64,000 nucleotides of DNA, taken from assembly GCA_008632985.1 (NCBI GenBank), contig QPGO01000101.1:248001-312000 (forward strand), in the 5' to 3' direction. Under the pieces are notes generated by a model that saw only the letters and a program-made list of their open reading frames with translations, did not search any database and was not told the origin of the DNA. The translations under genes were made by a program, and so were the position numbers. Positions 35,701 to 45,900 of the stretch are shown in pieces; the first letter of the stretch is position 1, and each line of letters starts with the position of its first letter. The stretch is from Psammoneis japonica. Its lineage: Eukaryota.

Positions 35701-38700
35701 GGTCGACAAAGATGCAACCGCCCTTGAATTGCTTGGACATGGCTTTGCCATGAGAGTCGAAGGTGTGGCCTAAAAGGCGCGACTCAAAATGATCAACGCT
35801 GACAGCCTGACCCGGTCGAAGATGGTCAGCTCGAAGGGCCCCGTCGCGTTCAGGGACTGTCGACTTGTGAGTAGATCCAAGAGAGCGTCTGTGACCTTTA
35901 GCACATTCGCATGCCTCGCATCTTGGGTGGTCACACTTCGCTGCGGACTTGAAACGGTTCGAAAGGAACGGAACTGCGCGGAGAAGTGCTTGGACGCAGC
36001 CAAAGTTCAAATGGCCAAAACGGGCGTGCATTTCGAGAAGAAGCTTTTGGCCTGCCGTGAGGTTTTGATTCTCCTTGTTAAGGATCTGAAGGTTCACTTG
36101 AGGAGCGGCAGATACGCCCTTGGTCATCGACGCAACGGGCAAGTGGCTTGATGGATGATGTGGCACGACCAACTTGCCCATCCCGTCAACATGTAAACGG
36201 AAAGTGGTTTCATCGCCCTCACACTTCCCACGTACCCCCTTCTCTTCGTTGAAGAGGCGTTGAGGCGACAGCAGGCACTGACGGGCTCCAGGGACGTAGC
36301 ATGCCATGGTGTTCAGTTGGATGGTAGCCCCACTCGGCGTTGTGAACACCCACGCAACCGGACCGGCACCCTGGATGGTAAGACCGTTGGCAATCCCATT
36401 GATCTGTAAGGGATTCTTGGGAACAGTCACAGGCCCCGTAAAATCATCTTTGTCGGGGGCAATGGCTAACGTGGCACCAGCATCCATGACGACCGTGAGA
36501 GCCTCGTCCGACAGACCGATGAGTGCCTGCGGATCGGATGCAAGGAGGTCGGCTTGTGATTGTCCGGTGAGCAGTTGGATGGTGGAGGTGTTGTAGACGA
36601 CTGGTCTAACACTTGCTTCCTCCAACAGTTCCACAGGATCTTGAAAATGGGCAGTGTCCACGACATGATGCGGCAGACAGAGCTCGTCAAACCGGAAGAA
36701 ATCCGGGCTGAAGTCCTCAAGAGCGTCAAAGAAATGCTTCTGGTCGTCGAGAGGTTCCAGTTCCTCACAGGCATCAAAGAAGGCTGATTCGTCTATCGCA
36801 TCAGACCGTTCAGCTACTTCCAGGCTCTCCCAGCAGGCCTTGAGACGAGTGCTCAGTGCGTGTGACGGATGGCGCGTGACAAACTCGGTGAGTGCTTGCG
36901 TGCCTTTGATCCTGTGATGTTCGAACAGTGACCCCACATCCAACACTGTCCGGTCATCTAGCTCTTCCACAATGTGGTAGACTTGAGAGCTGGCGGTCGA
37001 AAAACGACTTGGTACGTTCGAGAATGGATGCTCGGGCTGTTGACTGGCGTAAACTGCTGACCATGCCATCACTGCAACGGATGGGACCATCCAGGAGGCT
37101 GGAAACCCGTGCAAAGTTGGGAGTTTGCGCTGGCGGCGTAGAGCTCGAGGGATGCATGGGATCGGAGCAAAGCAAAGATGTGGTGCCGTTTCCCAAAACA
37201 TGGCGGCGAGCCAGAATGTGAACAGCTTGACTCGACCCAAGAGTGAGCGACGCGAAGTGGGCTCGTCTTCGACGTCCTCGTGACAATCATCCGCATCCAG
37301 GACCTCTGGATCGTAGAAATCGAAGCCACGACACGTGACACACGGAGGCAAGTCGCAGCATGCGTCTTCAAAGTGTACGTCGTGTTCAAGGATGAGATCC
37401 AACTTGGTGTCGTCTGACAGCACATCCGTCAAATGTGCGGGAGCGTCAAAGAACTCATCTGGATGCTTGACAGAGTACAGCTTCGAGGCCGGAAACAACT
37501 CAATGGCCGGTGGTTCGTTTTCAAAGGTAGAGAAAGCATCGGAGCATTCGCAGAAGTCATCGGCGTCTTCGGGAGTGACAGTCTCAACCACGATGGGAGA
37601 CACGACTGGATCCACGACTGAGGTGAGCACAGGTGGGCTCGTTTCGATGCAAACCACCTCAGTGCTAACGACTGCATTGCTCTCCCTCTCGGCCGAAGAA
37701 GCCGGAGTAACAACAATTGCAGCAGTGACAGGGGCGGAACAGAAATCCGGGTCGGCAACGGGATCCGTAGCCGCGCACCACATTCCCGTGAAAACCAACT
37801 CGTTGGGGTCGGATTCGTCTCCCTCTGGTGCCTTGGCAGTCTGAGCGGGCGGACCCATGGGCACGCCACTGTCTGGATCAGCAACGGAAGACAAATTCCC
37901 GGCTGGGGTCTCATTGGGAGGTTGCCTGCGGTCGTCGGCATGTTCCGCGGTAGAGTGTTTCTGGTGGATTCCAATTTTGTCGGCACCCTTTGCCGTGCAC
38001 GTGGCACACCACTTCCATTCCTTGCCATTCTTGTCCTTCTTCATTTCTCCGTCAAATTTAGCACGCCAGGCAGCGATGGGTTGCCTCTTCTTCTTGGAAG
38101 GGTCGTCTGCAGGCGGCGGATTGGGAGGAGGATCGTCGCGCGGCGGTTTGGCGTTGCACTTCGGACACGTCTTCTTGGTGTGCCCCTCGAGACCGCAACC
38201 ACAACAGTGCTTCATCTTCCCAGGGCCATCCGCAGTCGAAAGATTACTCTCAGGTAGCTTGGCGACTAATGCAGGCCATTCCCCGTCCTTCACGAGTTCG
38301 TTGTGTTGCTCTTGAATCCACGCAATGATGCCGACCGGTCCGAGCGTTTTGCAATCGCTGTCGGACACGATGTCAGCAGGATTCTTGAGGCGGCACTTGC
38401 GTTCCATGGCCTTGACGTCGTCGAGCTTGTTGCAGACTCGGCGATTGAAGTGTTCAGAGGACGTAGAGGAGATCTTGTGGAGCAGCTTGGAGCTTGTGTT
38501 CGCCGGAAGCACGCAGTCGGTCTGCACAATTTTCACGATGCGAAGAGCTTCGGCAGCAAAATCCGTGCAATCCTCGCCGGGATGGCCAACCAAACTGAGG
38601 TCTTCCAGCTGCTTCTCAGCCGTCTCAATGTCCGTCAGAGCGCTGGCATTGCAAGTGTCGAGAGCCATCATGAACAGAACAGATCCAGGGCAGTCTTGGC

Positions 38701-39316
38701 AGTCCGAAAGATGGTTGAACTTGGTCTCGATTTTCTCGCGAAAGGCATCAGTGATTCTTGAGTGAACGAGAAGTTGAGAGAGCCCGACATCGTCGAGCTC
38801 GATCTCGTCGTACTTGGTGTCATCGGCAGCTGCTTTCCCAGCCATGCACTCGTTCACGAGATCGGTCACAGCAAACTCGTGAAGATGGTCGAAGACACAT
38901 TGAACCTTGTCGTCGCTGTCCTTGACATGGCAGAACGTCTGCTGACCGTGGGCTTCCACTAGATCTCAAACAGTCTTGACGAAATGGTCCTTGTCAAGCT
39001 CGTTGATGGGACCGTCCGAAATCTCAAGTCGACCGTTGAACTTGGAAGTCATTGCGGAAGCTTGTTGACCGCAGAGAGATCGTTCTGTCGAGTCGAGAGC
39101 CTTGGGATGACGGCGCTGAGAGGCGAGTCGGCAGGTTCTGTCGTTGGATTGTTCGCAGTTGTTGTTGAGTTTGGAACCACCAATGTGAACCCCGTGGGCT
39201 GGGTGAACTCCACCACGCAACGGCTTGGTTGGAGCCGGAGGAGCGGTCGCCGCGGCGTCAGCGGCCATTGCATTGGCAAACGCCTTTGCCAGAACATCTG
39301 GATCGATGGTGGCCAT
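32725..39316 (-). pseudogene. Copia gag-pol polyprotein pseudogene
   Basis: Zn knuckle CxxCGLEGHTKKTC, protease MDAGAT, integrase HARFGH..CEAC and SVDH/TDSG/NGVTER, RT LCGLKQS and HVDD, RNase H DSDFAG/EAEC/EDN/ADQFTK. Lesions: in-frame TGA at 38966-38968, frameshift near 34142, and the presumed stop read as CAA at 32725-32727. Confidence 0.95.
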
Positions 39317-39478
39317 GATGGAGAGTGCAGTGTGGGAGGCTCTTGTCAGAGTGAAGACGAGAGAAGCGAGAGAGACTCAGCCATTTCCCGGGTTTGCTTC
39401 AACATCAAAAACCGAAAGCGTCCGTGACGATGACTCGGTCAGGAGCTCTCGTCAATGCGCAAATTGGTCTCTGTGGCC

Positions 39479-39714
39479 AGTCGAGATGCAGTCCTGCAGC
39501 TGAGTGGGATGGACAAGACCTCGGAGGTTGGTGGCAATGTGAACAGTGACAGAGGCAAACAGACGCTTGTTGAAAGTCGTTGTCTAGAAAATTTATGATG
39601 AGTGTCGTTGCTTCTGTTTGAATCGATTTTGTGATGAGCCAATTATTTCGAAGAGAAAATCTGAGTCTGGGTTGTAGTCGTGAGATGCGACCAGAATGAC
39701 GTTGAGTCGTGACC
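39479..39714 (-). repeat. 5' LTR (236 bp)
   Basis: Colinear with 32468-32703. Confidence 0.95.
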
Positions 39715-42498
39715 ACAGTGCAACGGGCTTTGTCCTTTCATGTCAGTCTCTTGTGTGTTCATGCCCAACTGGCCCACCATGTGGCGCAGGATGGCAATGC
39801 TGTCATGCTCTACAGCGCAGTGAGCAAGTGTTTCACCGTTTCGACCACGGGTGCCCGGTTTGACAACGTCAACCACCCAGGATACAATTCTTGGATGCCC
39901 TCCGTGGCAAGACGCTTTGAGAATCGCTGTGCTTTGATTTTCGATGTCGGCTTTCAAAAAGAACTGCCCAATCCACTCGTGCAACTTCAAATGACCAAGT
40001 TCGGCAGCTCGTGCAATGACGGATTCATCATTCTCGCCACGGTGCGACATGTCGAAATTGAATGTCTCTTTGAGCCAGACAACAAAGGAGAAGCGGTTTT
40101 CACTCCCGGCGGTTCGAACGTTGTCGGCAGACAGCACCGCCATCATCAAGTTCTCGTTCTTCTCCTCCCGAACAGCTCGCACCTGCTCTGGGGTCTCGCG
40201 TGCATTCAACAGTGTCTTGACGGTCTGGAATTCGCAAAAGCGTGCGGCTTCTATTACGAGAGGTTCCAACGTTCTTCGGGGGCACTCGACTTTCTCACCA
40301 ACAAGTGTTGTCAACACATCTAGAGAAATGCCTGAACCAACAAGACTGTCCAAGAGCTTTCTCGCCTGGTCCTCGCTTGTAGGAGTGACCATTTCAACAG
40401 AGTGCAGACACCACGCAAGGAAACTGGCTCTGCGCTGAACGTCAAGTGGGTGCTTCGGAGCACCATTCTTTGTCCTGTTTTCACCAAGAATGGCCAAAGC
40501 TGCCTTTACCGGGTCCTCGTTTACAAGCCGTAGCATTGGTTCGGAGAACAGACTCGCAAGCGACAAGTCTGCCACTTTAAGTGCCTGTTCTAGCACCAGA
40601 TTTTGCAAGCCAGTACCTGGCGTCTTCTCCTTGTAAAGAGAATCAACGAAAGGTGCGAGTTGTCCAGTCCGCACAGACCAATTCGGCGCATTTTGAATGA
40701 CCTCGCTAAGAAAGATATCCAAAGGCACATCAATGCCACAGTCCCTGTCGATGTTGTTGATCTTATCTAGGTCACCCAAGCTGTTAGAAAGCACAGTGCC
40801 GTTCTTGGCCGCCATCATAGAGAGACTCGAGCTTGGAGTTCCCTTATACGCGAGACCATGGTGCTCCAGACAATCAATCAGTGCACCAAACCCTTGACGT
40901 CTGCATGCCGACTCAAATAGCTTATTCACTTCAGATTGAATAGTGCATTCTTTCAAGTCTAGATCTTCGCGACGCGAGAGAAGAATGTCGATCAGATCAA
41001 GCGCACCGCTGGATACACAGTGCTGCAAAACAGACGTTCCACTGTTGTCGCGAGTGTTGATGTCCATGTGTTTACCCCTACAATGCTCATCATAGAAGTC
41101 TAGGTCCAACAAAAATTCGAACAGCTCTTTGGAATGTGTCTCGGCAGCCATTGAAAACAGGTTGCGTCCCTCCCAGAAAGGTTCGTTTAGAAATTTCGAG
41201 GCCTTGCTCAAAAGATATGCAAATATTTCACGGTTCCCATTCTGGGCAGCGCAAACCAAGCAGTTGAAGCCATTGCTGTGCTTGTAGTCCCAGCTTCCGG
41301 GCGCAAGTTCAAGGACACATTTTACAGTCTTGAACGACCCAGAGCCAATGGCTTCCTCCAGATAAGTCTCAAAATTGATTTCTCGCAGATCAAAAGAAAG
41401 ATCAGCTCCCTTTGCAACCATCATTTGAACTAACTGATAGTTTCCCTTTCGCAAAGCCAAGCGAAGAGATGTAGTCATGTCAGCACGATCAACACTCTCA
41501 AGCAACATACTGCAAGTCAAGGGCGAATGCCAGCGCAACAAAGCATTGTTGATGGGGTGGGAGATAGCCCACGCTGACCACATAGAGGCATCATTAGCCT
41601 GTAACAATCCAAGACTCATCTTGTAGCTTGCACACAGTAGCGCCTCATCCAAAATGGTGAAGCGGAATTCATCAATGCAATCGATAGCGAGGTTGAATTC
41701 TTTCAGCAAGAGCTGAAGCATTTCAGGAGAATGAACGGCATAATGCCCCAACGTGGAAAGCAAACTATTGTTTTCAGTCTTTACACCCAGGTCTCGCAAC
41801 TTGACAACAATCTCGACATTGCCGCTGCGAACGGCATTCGAAATGACGCTACCATCAGCATCAATGTCGTCCACCTGAGACATCCATTCCAACGTCCAGT
41901 CAACATCACCAGATAACGCTACAAAGACATAAGCAACGTCTTCGCCCGACCATCCGTGAGCTCTTTTCCACTCTGGCTGGGCGTTGTACTCGTTCACGAG
42001 GCGCCTCGTCTCTTCCTTACGGCCCAAAGCCGCGGCTTCGGGAAGCTCGACGATCGCTTTCTCATTACTCTCGAGACTCAAAATGTATTCCAAAGTCTTG
42101 TTAGCCTTGTGAGAAATAGCCTCGGTAAGCGCACTACAGAGCGATTCATTCCGATGTTGCAAGATATCGGCGCCGAAGCGCTGAACCCAATCTTTGAGAA
42201 TCGTGACAGAGTCATTCGCAGCAGCCACCATGACTAAATTCAACGAAAGATAGTGGCTGTATTCCGGATCATAGCCGAATCCATCGATATCAATGATTTG
42301 GTACTTGTGGACGTTGCGCATCCCGAGTCTGATGCGTTCTCGTCCAACGTTACCTTGCAGAGCCGCGTCTGGATAGATACACAAATCCAAGGCACTTCCT
42401 GACCCGGGCATCATATCGAAATCCCAGGCATTTGGGTTAGACGACGTGGGATCGATCGGAACGCTGTCCGAGTTAGATGGCTCGTTCTTGTTACTCAT
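39715..42498 (-). CDS. 5' part of the large ankyrin-repeat protein gene, interrupted by the copia element
   Basis: Many ankyrin repeats (NAVRSGNVEIVVKL, LALRKGNYQLVQMM, AAQNGNREIFAYLL, GETLAH, GQSPLH). Probable start MSNKNE at 42498. The frame continues exactly at 32462 once the element and one TSD are removed. Confidence 0.85.
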
Positions 42499-42999
42499 GG
42501 TGCTGCTCAAAGCAAAAGTAGTGTGTACGAACGCAAGGTAAGAAGAGAACGGGGACCTGAAATCGAGCAAAGAACATACGTGACATCGACTCTGCTCTTC
42601 GTGAAAAGACCAACTAAGAAAACAACATCGCCCCGCGCCGCGCACAGATAAATCAAAAGATGTTGAACGATTCCCACTTACAAGGTAGCTGGATCTGAAG
42701 CGGATGAAGTGGGCACGAAGTCTCTCTCTTATCAGGGAAGCTTGTTGTTCTCACAAGAGAAGTGATGAGGGCGTGCTGCGCCGCAGAGCCAGAGCAAACG
42801 TCCGAAAGACGAACGAAGCCAATCGTGCACATTCAACATGGACACAGCGGGGTAATTTGTTTGAAAGAAAGACGGACCCCTACAGCGGCGCCGTGAATTG
42901 CGCGAAAGTGTGCATGAGCGGTTTAGTCTTGAGTCCATGGGGTGCACACGATAACAGAAGAAAGAGTCCCCCCCCTCCCCTCTGTGTCCGGAACCCCAA

Positions 43000-45900
43000 T
43001 CGTGCATTGCGTGCTGCACACGCGATGGCCGCAAAGAACCAGCCGATGATTCTGCAGAGGCCTCAAGGTGACACACAATGATTGGACTCAAAGCAACCAG
43101 GATGACCAAAGGTGACACACAAAAGACTCTCAAGATGTTGAAATGCTTTGATTTTGGAGCACTTGAAACATGAGTAAAAAGCTCTGAAGGACGCCACATG
43201 TCCTCACCCATTTTCACCCACCCCCCAGTGGCGCGAAAGCAGAACAGGTGCGAAGTCTCAAGAACATCAGCATCGCCTTTGTTGCAAGTCAAAATGTGAG
43301 AAATGAATTGTTGCGCAATCTGGTCAATCAATGTGATGCACCTGTTGATTGTGCATTTGTGTGTTTCTTGCTGTCAACACATCATCGAGATGCTGAGACA
43401 TTGCCCCGCAGCAGCAGAATTTTTGACTTTGACCAATCTGCACCCCGGCACTTGATGCTGTGCAAGTTGCAGCTTGACTCTGCTCAAATTAGAGAATTGA
43501 AAAACATCTCTCTGCTTTTGCAATGGCCTGCTGTTTTTCCAGTCTAAAACATGAAGAGCCATGTTCTGTTCAATCTGGCTCGGTCATGTGATGGCAGGGC
43601 ACTGGCACTCCTTGCTCTCAGTTGCATGTTGCGGCACTGACAGAACAGCATGTTGTGACATTGGGAGGCCTGCTCCAACTCTTGGTGAAATGCTTCTGAA
43701 CATCCTCACAGTTTTGGCACCAGCTGTGTTTGCAGCAGATGAGCTCTCCAAAAATCCCCGGGGTCCGTGTCAGCACGTTTTGATGTGCTCTTCCATGGGA
43801 AGCATGAGCTCCCAGGGAATCATGACTGGTGCCACTTTGTTTCACACCAGCATTTTCCCACACTTCCCCTCTCACACTGTTGCATCTTGTCACAACAGGT
43901 GCAAGCCACAAGGCATCTGGAGTGAGAGGGCCAAGGCTGCAGCACAGAGCTGTGTGGCGCTCTTTGTCACTGTGCAGTGCTTCTTGTGTCTTCTGACATT
44001 GTCAGTTGATGTGCTCTTGTTCCTGCATTTGCCAGGTTCACACTGCACACATTGCTGCTGCCATCACAACAAGGGGGCCTTTTTTTGCCCCAAGAGGACA
44101 GACAGCAGAATTTTGCGTGGCACAGCTGCAAAAAAATTCTGAGTTTTTGGGGCACTGAACTTGTGCAGCAAGTCAATCGCTCAGCCATCATCTCTTGCAA
44201 TGGCATTGTGATGACAAGCCCACAGTGCACACTCAAGCTGAACAATGAAGGCCCGCAAGCTCTCATTTGTTGTCATTTTGCCATTTTGCCTGCATTTTTC
44301 ACACAGGTGTTGTCTCAAATTTGAAACGCACAAAATGAAAAAAGCACTCGTCATTGAGGACAATCAACAACAAAACATCTCTGCAAATTCTCAAATGGCG
44401 GACGACTCTCTTTTTTGTCACAGAAAATGTGGTGGCGATGCACTGCTTTTGACCCCCCATTGTGCCATGCCTCAACATTCATGTGTCCCACTGTTTTCAC
44501 CAAGATCTCTGTTGTCTTTCTGACTGATTCATTGAAGACAATCAAAAACACAAAACATCTCTGCAAATTCTCAATCAGCAGACAACTCTCTTGTTCTTGT
44601 CACAGAAAATGTGGTGCGGCGATGTGCTGCTTTTGACCCCCCCATTGTGCCATGCTGCAACATTCATTTGTCCCACTGTTTTTACCAAGATCTCCATTGA
44701 CCTTCTGACTGATGCTTGTAGATTGGGTTTGTGTGTCAAACAATGGGAAGCCACTCAAAGAGTTGCTTTTGCAAGATGACAGACCGGTCGGAAGAGGACA
44801 GACCAATTTTCTGCTTGTGCCCTGGACAGTCTCTCTGCTGCCCGCTGGCAGCTGGAGTGGCCAGCAGTTGGTGGTTGTCCGTGCAGACACCATGACACCA
44901 TGTGTGCCATTTCTGGCTGCGGCAATCCTGGCACTGATTCTATGAGACAGCACACAAGACAGCACACTTTGCATGAAAAAAGCTTGCCGGTGATTGATTT
45001 GTGGCCCCCACCCCTGTGGCAGGGGAGAATGTGGTGATGTCATGGTTGTGTCACAGATTTGCATCTCATTCATTGTGTTTTCATGTGAGCATCCTCACAT
45101 GCATTTGTGCATTTGCACACAAATGCCAGCGGCAGCAGAAAAAATCCTGAACCACATTCTCCCCTAAAACTCTGACCTCCAAAATCCGGGGGCATGGAAA
45201 TGCATTTTTTGCAGCTCTTTTCTTTGCACAAAAAACATGCGTTTTGACAACTCAACCATGATGGTGCCTCTTGGTTCTTCCCCATCCACTTCCCAGGATG
45301 CCGATCCCACTGATGCCGTTGCCAACAACAGCGACACAACAGGTGATGTCATTGTTCCGGTTCTCGTGGGTGTGATGCACACAAAATAAGATGCTGCAAA
45401 CTCACACTGTTGTTTGCATGCTCCACCGCCTCCCACAGACATGCTGTCACAAACTCCAATGCCGTGCCTGCGTTTCGGGCCCCTGGCATGCCCAATGCTG
45501 TTGCTCCTGCCCTTGCTGCTGCAGGCATTGTTGACACTGTCATTGTCTTTTGCCAATGATGTCTACAATGAAGTGCCAACAACACTTCTTTCATTCTTGC
45601 CCCGCCGCCTCCCAAAGGTGCTGCCATGAATTCAAGTGCCGTGCCTGCATTTGGCCCACCAGTGTTCCCGATGCTGTTCCTCCTGCCCTGGCTGCCACAG
45701 GTGCTGTTGACACTGTCATTGTTTTTGCTTTGGAAGGAGCGCAGTGGATGATGGCGGACCAGGAAACCCTCACAACCATGGCCTGCTGATGGACGAGTGT
45801 TGGTGTCATGGCTCTCATGCTTTCTGTGTTTGTTCATGGTTTTCTGGTTTTGGTTCAAGGAGGACAATCAACAACAAAACATCTCTGCAAATTCTCAAAT

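Larger units (their letters stand above)
32468..39714 (-). mobile_element. Full-length Ty1/copia LTR retrotransposon (CoDi-like), inactivated
   Basis: 236-bp LTRs, PPT gagagggag (32704-32712), PBS-like TGGCCACAGAGACC next to the 5' LTR, gag-PR-IN-RT-RH order, and a mutated 5-bp TSD. Confidence 0.95.

Noticed and set aside
32725..39316. Alternative genetic code or ADAR-type RNA editing of the retroelement
   Set aside because: Neighbouring genes use Tyr normally. Changes occur in both strand orientations, differ between the two LTRs, and extend to the TSD, host flanks and DNA transposons.
39643..39714. C-terminus GHDSTSFWSHLTTTTQTQIFSSK of the 1000-aa ankyrin ORF, also ending the RT ORF
   Set aside because: Read-through into LTR sequence, not native protein.
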